Shown here: positions 23,236 through 34,205 of the stretch, piece after piece
Layout of the letters: each line of letters opens with the position of its first letter
Numbering within the stretch: the first letter of the stretch is position 1
Assembly (NCBI RefSeq): GCF_000142905.1
Contig: NW_013657671.1
Coordinates: forward strand, 372,001-436,000
Direction of reading: 5' to 3'
Length of the DNA: 64,000 nucleotides
DNA from: Thecamonas trahens ATCC 50062
Lineage: Eukaryota; Protista; Apusomonadida
Position numbers and translations under genes: made by a program
Notes under the pieces: model-generated
What the model saw: the letters and a program-made list of their open reading frames with translations, nothing else
Database searches by the model: none
What the model was told of the DNA's origin: nothing

Positions 23236-23340
23236 AGGCCGAGCTAGGCTGGACTGAGCTGGGCGGGCCTTGGGCTGAGCCGAGCTGGGCCGAGCTGGGC
23301 CGGGCTGAGCCGAGCTGGGCCGAGCTGGGCCGAGCTAGGC
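23236..23340 (+). repeat. Pentamer/decamer tandem repeat (GAGCT/GGGCC/GGGCT/GAGCC)
   Basis: GGGCCGAGCT units directly visible between convergent genes. Confidence 0.85.
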
Positions 23341-23395
23341 GGGATACGGGTGATTAAACAGCTGCGCAAACGGGAGGGCGATATGGTGGTACAGT

Positions 23396-25764
23396 TTACG
23401 TCGCAAAGTGCTTGATGAGCATGGCAACTCGCTCGTCCGAGACGTCGGGCGGCGGCGGAGTGGCAGTGGCGGCACGGGCGCGGACGGCGTCGTTGACGGC
23501 ACGCATCGAGTCGAGGACGTCTTCGATGCCCACGCCAAAGTGAGCAGCGTGGCTGAGCGCGCGTCGTAGGCGGGCAAACGAGGCCGGCGTGTCGACCTCG
23601 GAAGGGGAAAACTGGGCGGCGTGGCGGTAGTAGGCGGCCGGCGCATCGTGGGCAGTGCCGGGAACAAATGAGGTGGCGGCAAGCGCGGCTTTGAGGGTGC
23701 GGGTGGCGTCGGCCCGCCGCGGCTCGCCGGCGGCGACAAGGATGCGCCCGAGGAGAGTGCGGAGGGTACCCGAGTGGGGCGCGGCCTGGGTAGCCTCGAG
23801 AACAAGCCTCTCGGCGGTGGCGAGGTCGCGGTCGGCGAGCGCCTGACGAGCTGCGGCGTAGAGCTCGGCGGTTTGCGGCGCAAGCTTAGAGTAGAGGATG
23901 CCGGTGTGATGCGGGCGGGCGAGCTTGCGCTTGCCGCCAGCGTCGACATGGACAACGGCCGGCGGCGGGAACCGCGAGCGGAGCGCCGACGCCAGCCGCG
24001 GGCCGACCGCAGGCACACCGACTACCGAGAGCTCGCGGAGGCCGGCAAGGATGGTTCCGGACTTGCTGGTGGCAGCGATGTAGCGGAGCGCCGACGGAGG
24101 AACCTGAGCACCATCGAGGCGCAGGATCCGCAGCTTGGGGTTGGCGGCGACGAGAAGGACAAAGGCCTTGTGGGCGTACGACATGAGCGCAGGGTGGGTG
24201 ACCGGTGCGGCAACTGGCGACGCCGCGTTGGCTTTGTCGACGTCGAGCAGGCCGGCGCAGCCGGAAAGGTCGAGCTCAACCAAGCCCTCGAGGTGCGTGG
24301 CGAGTGCGTAGAGGCCCATGCCAGTAAAGCCGTCACAGGCAACGAGCCGCAGTCGCCGAAGCGAGAACCCGTCAAGAACGTGGCCGAGCATGCCTGCGGC
24401 AGTGTCGTCAAAGAGAGCGCAGCCAGAGAGGTCCAAAACCTTGGTGTGGACCAGCGATGGCGCCAAGCCCGTCAGCGGGCGCAGCGCAAGCGTCGTCGCC
24501 GCAAACGAGAGCTCGGCGACCGGCCAGGCCTCGGGCTGGCGGGCGGCGTAGGCAACACCACGCGAGACGGCATAAAGCGCCATCTTGCTCATGGCCGGCA
24601 CAAACGAGAACAGGTACATCAGCAACTCGATGGGGAGCGAGTCGAGGCGGAAGACCTCGTGGCGGAGCTTGATCATCGGCAGCTCGCCAAAGGAGCGGCA
24701 GTCTATGGCGAGCGTTCCGGGCTTCCACGCCTCCATCGCCGCGGCGTCGTCGGCCGAGGCGTCGTCGGCCGAGTACGACGGGTATGCGTTCGAGTACTCG
24801 TACTCGACCTCGTACTCGTAGTACTCATTCGAGTAGTATCCGTCGTCCTGATGCTGGGCAGGATGAGGAGGAGGAGGCGCCGCGGCAGCAGCGGCAGCCT
24901 GGTTCTGGGCCGCCATGTACTGCTGCATGTGCGGGTAGCCGTAGTAACCGCCGGCGGCAGCGGCAAATCCGTAGTACGGCGACGAGACGTAGCCATACAT
25001 CGAGTATGGGTTCGCCATGTACATCGGATTCATATGGTTGACCTGTGGAGGAGGAGGAGCGAGCGCGGGCGCAGGTGCGGGCGCAGGCTTGGTCGTCCGC
25101 CGCTTGCGCTTGCGGTGGATGTAGACCTTGGTCTCGCGGCGCGAGCCAGCCCGTGATCGCTTGGCCTTTTTGCCTCCCTTGCCCCGCTTCGCCGCCGAAG
25201 CCTTGGACGCCGACTTGCTTGCCTTGGACCGTGACCGCGCCGTCGACGCTTTGGACCGCGACTTGGGCCGCGACTTGGACTTGGACTTTGACGCCGTGCT
25301 CTTCTTCTTGCCGCGCGACGCCTTGGACTTTTTGGTCGGTGGCGCGGCGCGGACACCAAAGGCGGAGCGGATGGTGTTCTTGGCCGGCTTGGGCTCCGAG
25401 TCGGACGTGGCTACGGCAGAGTCCTTGGCCTTGGCGGCAGCGTCGTCGGCGTCGACCTTGGCCTCGGCCTCGTCGTCATCGGTATGGCCGTAGTCTGGGC
25501 GGATGTAGGCAGCGTAGGGACGAGAAGGATCGCAAAGTCACAGACAAACTCAAAGTTCTCGGGAAGGTCGTCATCGTCGAGATGGAGGCACTCTAGATGG
25601 AGCCAGTGCGAGCAGCGGTCGCACGCAATGAGCGCCGACTTTGCGCACTTTCGGCACTTGCGGTCTTGGGACGAGTGCTCGTCACCGCACACACACCGCG
25701 CATACCACACAGCACCGTCAGAGTCGGTCAGCTCCCCTGAAGACGAGCCTGTCTTCTTGCCCAT
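23396..25764 (-). CDS. PHD finger - basic linker - Tyr/Gly-rich - F-box - LRR - TPR-like protein; frameshift at 25534-25536
   Basis: PHD C4HC3 is completed (FVCDFCDP) by one extra T. The shifted frame runs stop-free into ORF 25033-23396, which has an F-box 'LDSLPIELLMYLFSFVP' and LDLSGC LRRs. Confidence 0.8.
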
Positions 25765-26254
25765 AGCCAGGATGGTGGGGCAAGAGGAGAGGAGTGGCGT
25801 CGAAAGTGCTGGCCGTCCTGGTGGTGGTGGTGGTGGGTGGCGGCGCCGGTGGCTGCTGTCGCGAGAAGCGCTCGTGCCGGGGCGAAATAGGGGCACAGCC
25901 TGCGATGCGGCGCGACTGGCATCTGCAACGACAGCGGTGGACCGCGGCCGGCGATAATAAATCTGTTGTCTGCTGGGCCAGCTTTTTTGCCAGTCTGTGG
26001 CTGTACTCTTAGATGTGGGAATGGACTCCCTTGCCGACTCTTTGTGTTGTTGGGGGTATACAGATTGTTACGCACATGATGGCGTTGCTGATATGATAAT
26101 GGTGGTGCAGAGGGAGAGTGCCTGTGAGTCACGTGAGAACCGCATATGCGACGGCGGCAAAAAAATGACTCTCGCTCCGCCACCGTTATCTCGCCACACT
26201 GTCCTCCCGTTGCTCTCTGCGACGTGATACACACCTCTCTGAATCACCATTCTA

Positions 26255-26644
26255 ATGCTGCGGACTACGATCTACCTTGCTATCGGGCTCTGCTTCCTGG
26301 CCAGCGTCACAGCTGGCGTGCACTATGAGCTGCAGTTTACTGCGGACCAGTTCTGCCAATCGGCGTCAATTATCTACAAGTTGACGACTACGATGTCGCC
26401 GCCGTTCCCTTGCCAGGCCATGCCCGGTACGATGTGCATCATCAAGGGCACCGACCCGAACAACTGCATTCCGCAGCCGTACTTTTCTATCGACGGCATC
26501 TCCAACGTGATCAACCTCTGGGGCGACGACCAGTGTACCCAGCGGTCGGGCCCTCCGCTCGGCTCGTACCGGTGCAACCTCTACTTTGGCGTTGCCGACG
26601 GTGTCGACTTTCGCCGCATCAACTACACCCGGTACGAGAACTGA
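26255..26644 (+). CDS. Small secreted Cys-rich protein
   Basis: Signal peptide MLRTTIYLAIGLCFLASVTA, six mature Cys, GC3-rich codons. Confidence 0.7.
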   Translation: MLRTTIYLAIGLCFLASVTAGVHYELQFTADQFCQSASIIYKLTTTMSPPFPCQAMPGTMCIIKGTDPNNCIPQPYFSIDGISNVINLWGDDQCTQRSGPPLGSYRCNLYFGVADGVDFRRINYTRYEN

Positions 26645-27190
26645 GGTTGACTGTGCCGATGTCATACAGGCGCAAGTGCAAGCGCAGAGCGTTTTTCCTC
26701 CGCTGCTCTGCAACAGGCCTACACACGTAAACGACACTATGGCCTTGCTCCACCACCAATCGGTAGCCCAAGCAGCTGATGTCGCACCTTTCAGTCACTG
26801 TTGCCATTCTCCCCAAGCTCCCATCCCGATCACCACAACCATTCTCACGAGCATAATACCGCTGCCATCACCAGTAGCGCTTTTATGACAGCAGGCCTGA
26901 TGTGGCGAGCCGTCAGCCAACCCACAGCGGACCGTCACCCAAATCAAGTCTTTTCCCAACAGCACAGGTTGCCACCACCGATCACCACCACCCAGCATAG
27001 GGAGCCGGACAGCAGCGCGCGAGACACAACCCACGGCACTTCACCCCATCACCCCACACTCCGTCCACCCCCGTGTGTGCTCGAGTCTACGTGTGCGTGT
27101 GTGTATTTGTGTGTGTGTGTGTCTCTCTCTCTCTCTCTCTCTTACTCTGTGACAAAGCAGGCGAAGAACACGGTTCGACCTACCAGGCCG

Positions 27191-27278
27191 ACCACCACCA
27201 CCACCATCACCACCACCACCACCACCTACCTACCTACCTACCTACCTACCTACCTACCTACCTACCTACCTACCTACC
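27191..27278 (+). repeat. (ACC)n followed by (CCTA)n microsatellite just upstream of an ATG
   Basis: Directly visible. Confidence 0.92.
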
Positions 27279-27287
27279 TTGACCAAC

Positions 27288-28691
27288 ATGGGCAACGCTC
27301 AGTCGGGCAATACGGTGGTTGTCAACGAAGGCCCTCCGGCCGCGGGCGGCAACAATGCCAACAATGCCAACAACGCCAACAACCAGCCCGCAGGCCCGCC
27401 AGCCGCCGCTCCGGCTGGTGCGACCGAGGCCGAGACGGACGCTATCACCAACGCGAACACCATCGCTAATTCTGGGGCTGGAGATGCGGCGCCGGCAGGT
27501 GGAGCAGTTGTCCGACCGCAGGAGACGTACACCACGACCATCTCGTGCCAGTTTACGGTCAAGAAGGAGACGTTTGTGTTCAAGCCGGTCGACGACGGCG
27601 CACAGGGCGGCAGCGGCGGAAAAGTCCTCGACGAGGAGGCCGGGCAGGTCCGCGGCAAGCCAAGCTCAGGAGCAGCGTCGGGCGCGGCGCGGGTCAACGC
27701 GGCGGCGACGGCGCAAGGCTTCTCCACCGCAGGATTTGGCGGCATGTCGGTAGAGGAGTACAACCGGCGCGCAGGCAAAGAGGTGGCGACCGGCTCAGAC
27801 TCGTCGCTGACCGAGGGCGAGAGTGAGCAGGAGGAGCAGGCTGACGACGCGGACGGGGGCGAGGCTGGCGCGCCTGCCAGCGCGCCCGCCGGCTCGGGCT
27901 CGGACGCTGCCGAGCCGGACCGCCGGCCGTACTCGCTCTCGTTCCAGTTTGACGCCTCTGTCGACACCGTGGTGAGCGTGTACTACATGGCACGGCCGAC
28001 GACCGAGCGCACGCCTGGGACCTTTGACGACCTCTTTGAGACTATCGGGAGCGTGACTGTGCCCAAGCTCGAGTTTTCGGCCGGCATGGACGTGCAATAC
28101 GCGGTGCCGGCCGGCCACGAGTTTGTGCCTGCGGCGTACGACGAGGCCGAGCTGGTCAAGACCTCGGCGATGGTGGCCTATCCGGTGGTTGTTGTGGCCG
28201 AGACCGCGCCGATGGCGGTCCACCAGGGCGTGCAGCATCAAGTGATGACCACGTACTGCACGCTGACCGCCACCGGCGGGCGGTACGCCATCCGAGTCCT
28301 CAAGCAGATAGTCCAGATTGCCGACTGCTACTACCTCCTGCACGATATCTTTGGCGTCGTCAACGACGACGACGACGAGTCGAACGAGTGTGTGGTGTGC
28401 ATCACCGATCCGCGCGACACCGCGGTGCTTCCCTGCCGCCACCTTTGCCTCTGCGCGCCATGCGCCAAGCAACTCCGCCAGCGCTCCAACCGCTGCCCGA
28501 TCTGCCGCGTCCCCTTCCAGTCGCTCCTTCAGTTCAAGCTCTCCAAGCTTCCGTCCGAAGACTCCGACTCGGACCCCGACAGCGACATTGGTCATCGCCA
28601 CTCGGGAGAGCCTTTCGACTCGGACGGCGATGGCGAAGGCGGCGTCGTCCTCAACGACCTGACCGCAAACCCGCAGACTGTCCCCGTCTGA
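27288..28691 (+). CDS. MGRN1/RNF157/LOG2-type RING E3 ligase
   Basis: Myristoylation motif MGNAQS, DAR2-like 'SFQFDAS...YPVVV...RVLKQ...YLLHDIFG', RING 'ECVVCITDPRDTAVLPCRHLCLCAPCAKQLRQRSNRCPICR'. Confidence 0.92.
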   Translation: MGNAQSGNTVVVNEGPPAAGGNNANNANNANNQPAGPPAAAPAGATEAETDAITNANTIANSGAGDAAPAGGAVVRPQETYTTTISCQFTVKKETFVFKPVDDGAQGGSGGKVLDEEAGQVRGKPSSGAASGAARVNAAATAQGFSTAGFGGMSVEEYNRRAGKEVATGSDSSLTEGESEQEEQADDADGGEAGAPASAPAGSGSDAAEPDRRPYSLSFQFDASVDTVVSVYYMARPTTERTPGTFDDLFETIGSVTVPKLEFSAGMDVQYAVPAGHEFVPAAYDEAELVKTSAMVAYPVVVVAETAPMAVHQGVQHQVMTTYCTLTATGGRYAIRVLKQIVQIADCYYLLHDIFGVVNDDDDESNECVVCITDPRDTAVLPCRHLCLCAPCAKQLRQRSNRCPICRVPFQSLLQFKLSKLPSEDSDSDPDSDIGHRHSGEPFDSDGDGEGGVVLNDLTANPQTVPV

Positions 28692-28886
28692 TTCTTATCC
28701 GATTGTTGCCTATGATCTACTCTCACCATCATACACACACACACACACACACACACACGCGCTCTCTCTCCTCCTCTCTCCCATACATCAAACCAGCCCA
28801 GGTCCGGTCGGGCCATCGGTCACCGCCGTCCACTGCTGTGCTGTGCTGACACCGACCGCCACACGACTCGGCGGCAGAGTGTGAGG

Positions 28887-30640
28887 ATGGCAAGCCAGAG
28901 GGCGACGGGAGGAAGAGTAGTCGAGAGCAGTGGGGACGAGTACTCGTACAGCCAGAGTGGAGGAGGAGGAGAAAGAGGAGGAGGGCGTCTAGGCAGGGGC
29001 ACTGGCGGCAAGATGGGTCATGGCTTTGCTGCCGACGCCCTCTTCCACGCCCGCCTCCCTGTCCCCGGCCCGCCACCTCCTCGCCTCGCCAACGAACTCT
29101 ATCCCACAGACGACGACAAGGAGCGTATGGAGGTACGTGCTCTTCTATTACTACCTACTCATTATGCCCTCTGGCCTCTCTCTGACTCGGTTGTGGAGGA
29201 AGGTTCTCCAGACATGCCTGCCGCTGGCTAGTGGTGCTGGCGCAGTCCCTTCGCCGACGTGGCCACGTGGCTGCCCCCACCTCGCGTGAGATTGGGCAGA
29301 TAGGCTATATGCACACACGCACACACGCACACACGCACACTCACACCCTCTATCGAGTGTAGGCGTGGAACCGTGAGCTGGCACTGTCGCGCGATCGTGA
29401 TCGGGTGTCGCTGCGACGGGCGCGGCGGCAGCAGAACTACGATACGTTTGTGGCCGACGGCGGGATGGGCGCGTATCGCGCGGCGGTGGCGCGGGAAGAG
29501 CGGCGGCGGCGGCGGGCTGCAGAGCGCGAGCGGCGGCGGGCTGCGGAGCTTGAGTATGAAAAGTCGTTTGAGCGGGTGCGGTTCCGGATGGCCAAGCGCG
29601 GCGGGCGGCGGGCGTCATACGAGGTGCAGAGTCTTGGGCGGGTAACATCGTCGCCGGTTGACTCGTTTGCCGGCCTGATGGTGACACTGGACGATGTGGT
29701 GCGGTCGGACGCCGGTGGAGTGTGGTACGTCCTGGCGCTGAGCTACGGAGTGGCGCCTGCGTGGACTATCCATCGGACGTACGAGGACTTTGCCGCGCTC
29801 GCCGAGACGCTGCGCGAGCTGTATCCGCAGCTGGAGCACGTGGCGTTTCCTCCGTCGTACTCTTACGGCGAGAGCTGGGACTCGGTGGTGGCCGAGCGCA
29901 AGACCGGCCTGCTCACGTTCCTGGTCCAGACACTGGCTCTGCCCAAGACGCCTGTCCTCGACTCTTTTCTAGAGTTTTCCTTCCACGTCATGGACTTTGT
30001 TTGTCTCCGCTACGAGCGGCTGTACAACTCGGTGGCCAAGGTCCGCCGCAAGATTGTGCAGGTTCCAGTCGACGAGCCTGCGCCCGGCGAGCCGCTCTAC
30101 GAAGAGTACGAGGAAATCTACGAGGTCGACGTCGAGGATCTAGCCACGCTCGACGACGTTGCAGTCCATCAAGCCAACAGCTCAGCCGTCGGAAGCAAGC
30201 CGTCGCGCACTGCGGCCGTCGCCACCAACTCGGTCGCCGTTCAGACCGCCGCCATCCAGTTTGACACCATCTTCAACTTTCACCTCGAGCAGATGCGCGA
30301 GCAGCTTGCTGACTCGCTCATCACCCTCATGGATGACACCCACATCTACACCAACAATTACGTCACCCAACTCCGCCGCGAGATCCACCACCACCGCAAT
30401 CAGCAGCGGATCCACGCTGCCCGCACTCCACCGGCCGGACCATCTGACCGCCAGCCACACCCGCAGCAGGCCCATGCCGCGCACCCTCACCCGCCACAGA
30501 CCCAGCCCCATGAGCCGCACGTCCCAGCCCGCGGCTCCTCGCGCCACGCCGTGCTCTCGGATCAGGCCCGGCACGGCGCCAGGCCTGGTCTCGCCCACGG
30601 CCATGGCGATGGCGACGGCCACGGCCATATCAAAACGTAG
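28887..30640 (+). CDS. PX-domain protein; exons 28887-29132 and 29363-30640
   Basis: Phase-0 intron GTACGT...TAG joins KERME/AWNREL in frame. PX motif 'WTIHRTYEDFAALAETL..FPP..VVAERKTGLLTFL..LDSFLE'. Confidence 0.72.
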
Positions 30641-30769
30641 AAGAAGTGCACGCAAAGCTCCGAGTGTCTTGCGAGGCAGGCGACATACGATAGCGATGTC
30701 AATCACGACTACGATCACCGCCACAAAGCACACGATTGCGCCTCAGCACCACGTCGGACGCACTACTTG

Positions 30770-33513
30770 CAGTGAACGGAACGGCTTACTGTGACTAACT
30801 AACTGATTCTAATGACTGACTAAATGACTAACAGCTGATGCGTATCGTCACTACAGTTTCTTCGTCAGCTCAAAGTCGAAAAGCATCCATGCACGCAGGA
30901 GCATCATCTTCTCGGCGCGCAGAGCCGAGAGGCGGTTCCGCTTCCTCGTCATCATGTCTGTCGCCACCGAGTTGAGCCGTTCGACGCTGGCAGCGGAGGC
31001 CGATGGAAGAAGGATCCCCTGGCCCCACAAGCGGAACCTCGCACACAGCACCTGGATCCGCCGTACGTCAGCCTTGCGGTTCCAGTTCTTGCGAGACTCG
31101 AGACCGACGCACACGTCCTCAAACTTAGCCAACACGTCGCCTACGGACAAACTTGAAGAGGTAGAGATTAGCCGACTGTTGTACAACGTAGCCGTGAGAA
31201 CCTTGCAGAACACTTCGACGAGCTTGTAGTTGCTGAACGAAGCCACAGACGCAGGCGTATCGTTCACCGTCATCTTTCGCACCTTGCAGCCGCGAACCTC
31301 ATCAACGCTCTTCGCGCGCAGGCGCTTCCCCGCGTTCTTCTCGCGCTTGGCAATGTTACGAGCGCGCGCCTCGCGCTCCGCGGCCATCCGCGAGCGCGCC
31401 TGTGGCGATGAAGCCGGCTCAGCCATTACCACCTTGGATGGCCCACCGGCAGCAGACATACTCGGGGAAAAGTACGTGGGGTCCCGCGATTCTTGCGGCA
31501 GCGTGTTGCTCGCTCCGCTCGATGACGCCGCAGTATGCGACGGGAGCGTGGATAGAATGTCCAGGAGCTTGGGCTCAAGGACGTCTGCCAAGCGACGCCA
31601 CATGTCATGGTGGACCTCAGCAGCGGTCGCCAGATGGCGCACACCAAGCGAGTTGTTGGCGTCGGCGACAACTCCCTGGACATACATAAGGTCGTCCTTG
31701 GTGACAGTCGTGTCAATAAGGAGAGCAAAGAGGCACGCATCCTCTTTGTACAAGTACGCAACCTGTTTGTACACTGCCTGGGTGGCGATGTCGCACAGCT
31801 GTTGGATCCTAGGGATATCCTCGTTGTTGATCTTGAGCTCTGCCAGATCGTCCACAATCCCCACCATCGTAAGGAGCGAAAGGGAGGACGACATATCGGA
31901 CGTCTGAGACATGACGCACGAGTTGTTGATCGTGAGGAGTACCTCCACAGCGTCATGTACCTCGTCCCACTCGCTCGCGGTCAACTTAGCCGGGGCACCC
32001 GCGATCTCAGTCGAAACAAAATCCACGGCATCCTTCATCCTCGACGCCCGTTCCAGCATAGTCACCGTCGAGCCCCAGCGAGTACTCACGTCCGGCCGCA
32101 ACGACGTGTATGTTACCAGGACGGGTGGAGACGGTTTGTCATCCACGGTTACTTGACCAAGCTGGACATCCATCTCATATGAGTTCAGCGCGGACTTGTA
32201 TGCGTGCGTAGCCTCGATGTTCTTCTTGTTGATGAAGTGGCGCATCGTGCGCTTGGCCTTGGACGAGCGAGAGATGAAAGAGACAAGGCGGCGCAGCTTA
32301 GAAATTGCGTCAGTGCTTCCCACGAGCGGGGCAGAGGCAAAGTCATCGGATGCAACGGTATCACTCAGCGTCGGCCACTCTGACGACGACAACGATGCCA
32401 CCTCCGAGAACCCATCCTCCTTTTCGACGTCCTCGTCGTCCGTGTCCTCGCCTACGCCGCCCATCTCGAGTACGGCCGTGTCACGGCTCGAGACCAAGTC
32501 TGTCTGCACCAAGGCAGGATCCAGCTCACTGTCAGCCTGTACCGCCTTGAGCACGTCACCGACGATGCGCTGAATGCGGTGGGAGAGACATGGATGCCAC
32601 GGGAGTTCGAGGAAGCGCTTTGTCATCCGGGGCATGAGCGCCGTTGTGTCGCTAGACAAGGCGACTACCTGGACCCAGTCAATCCCGAACTCTGTCACAC
32701 AGAGCTTCACCACCTTGGCGAGATTCTCGGCGTTGGCGGAGAGATATGTGGTGTCGTACTCGGCGCTGTCGTCAGACGTTGAGCGAACAGCGTTCATGAG
32801 ATCGGCGGTGAGCGCCTTGAACCCGATGGGGATTGTCATGCGCACTCCCGAACTGTAGAACTGGGCACACACACCGAGAAAGGTATGGCGCGTCCCAGAC
32901 GACGTCCACTCATCGACGATGAGGGAGATAGGCCCGTCCCCAATGTGCTCCTGCATCTTGGTGCGGTACTTGAGGAAAACGCGATCGAGTACACCCTCAC
33001 GCAGGTGCTTCTCGCACGGTAGAATCTTGCGCACGCTCGTCGCACTCAAACCCACTGCGACAGCGAACATGTGGGCGAGGTACGGGTCTTCGATCGACGC
33101 AAACGAGCGGTGCTTGTACAGCACGCTCTTGAGCGCGTATTCCGCAACGCGCGGCTTTGCAGCCTTCAAGCGGTCTTCCGAGGGGAAGTACGCCTGCAGC
33201 TGCTGGCTGGACGTGGGGACATCAACGTCCAGCGCCGACAGTACCTCGCTGTGGGCGTTTCGGAAGTGGCTTTTGATATTTGAGGTCGACTTGAAACTGT
33301 TGAGGCTAATCTGCTTGCCGCAGAGCCTGCAGCAAGGAGCCTCTCTGTTCTGGTGCGTGACAAGCTGCCACAAGGCCGAAGAACGGGGCATGCTGCGTGT
33401 GAGAGGGGTGTCTCCGTCTTGATCACCATCTTAGTCATTGACGTTTGACTGACTAACTAATGACTAAATCTTTTGACTACGAATGACTATGACTATCGTC
33501 GTTCCGTACACTG
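30770..33513 (-). mobile_element. Full-length hAT DNA transposon (2,744 bp)
   Basis: TIRs CAGTGAACGGAACGGC (30770-30785) and GTCGTTCCGTACACTG (33498-33513), 14/16 match. Perfect 8-bp TSD ACTACTTG at 30762-30769 and 33514-33521. Subterminal TGACT repeats. Confidence 0.95.
30851..33391 (-). CDS. hAT transposase with BED zinc finger
   Basis: BED 'W..CRLC..STSNIKSHFRNAH'; catalytic-type motifs 'IVDEWTS', 'LSSDTT', CxxH 'PCLSH', 'DVSTRWGST', 'ASVERLNS..RKRNRLS'. Uninterrupted 846 aa. Confidence 0.93.
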   Translation of the reverse strand: MPRSSALWQLVTHQNREAPCCRLCGKQISLNSFKSTSNIKSHFRNAHSEVLSALDVDVPTSSQQLQAYFPSEDRLKAAKPRVAEYALKSVLYKHRSFASIEDPYLAHMFAVAVGLSATSVRKILPCEKHLREGVLDRVFLKYRTKMQEHIGDGPISLIVDEWTSSGTRHTFLGVCAQFYSSGVRMTIPIGFKALTADLMNAVRSTSDDSAEYDTTYLSANAENLAKVVKLCVTEFGIDWVQVVALSSDTTALMPRMTKRFLELPWHPCLSHRIQRIVGDVLKAVQADSELDPALVQTDLVSSRDTAVLEMGGVGEDTDDEDVEKEDGFSEVASLSSSEWPTLSDTVASDDFASAPLVGSTDAISKLRRLVSFISRSSKAKRTMRHFINKKNIEATHAYKSALNSYEMDVQLGQVTVDDKPSPPVLVTYTSLRPDVSTRWGSTVTMLERASRMKDAVDFVSTEIAGAPAKLTASEWDEVHDAVEVLLTINNSCVMSQTSDMSSSLSLLTMVGIVDDLAELKINNEDIPRIQQLCDIATQAVYKQVAYLYKEDACLFALLIDTTVTKDDLMYVQGVVADANNSLGVRHLATAAEVHHDMWRRLADVLEPKLLDILSTLPSHTAASSSGASNTLPQESRDPTYFSPSMSAAGGPSKVVMAEPASSPQARSRMAAEREARARNIAKREKNAGKRLRAKSVDEVRGCKVRKMTVNDTPASVASFSNYKLVEVFCKVLTATLYNSRLISTSSSLSVGDVLAKFEDVCVGLESRKNWNRKADVRRIQVLCARFRLWGQGILLPSASAASVERLNSVATDMMTRKRNRLSALRAEKMMLLRAWMLFDFELTKKL

Positions 33514-34205
33514 ACTACTTGACGCCACCACTTGTCTCCCTCCCTCCCCCACTCCCCCTCCCCCCTCCCTCTCCTCCCTCCCTCCCTTCCTCCTTCCCCC
33601 CTCCCCCCTCCCCCCTCCCTCCCTCCCTCCTTCCCCCCTTCCCCCCCTCCCCCCTCCCGTCCCCTCCCCTCCCACTTGTGGATGTGGTCATGATAATTGA
33701 TTGATTGTTGGTTTTTGTTGGCCATTTTGTTTGTTCACCCCCCTCTTCCCCCCCCCTCGCTCCCTCCCTCCGCATGGATGGCTGGATAGCTGGATGCCAC
33801 AATAGAAGGTACGATACACAGCAGGCAAAGAAGCAATGTACACTGCGCCATCGATGGGATATGCTGCTGGCGATGATGCCTATATTCATGCGTGTCAACT
33901 GACTGGGGGACGGGAAACGGGGAGAGTATGCCTTGGTCCGTACGTTCTGTCCGGACCTATGGACGCTCTCCCTCATCCCTGTCCCTGTAATGAGTTAATC
34001 TGACCTGACCGTCATTTCTACTGAGCCTACAGCACCATCACCCCCCCCCCCCCCTCCTCCCTCCCTCTCTCAAGGCATCACTCACCATCCATATCCTGGT
34101 CCTATCTACAGATTCCCTCCCTCCCCCCCTTTGCGCCGCATCCCGCATCGGCCTACATCAGCGCATCGATGATGATGGTGGGCGCGCTAGTGGTACATAC
34201 TGTTG

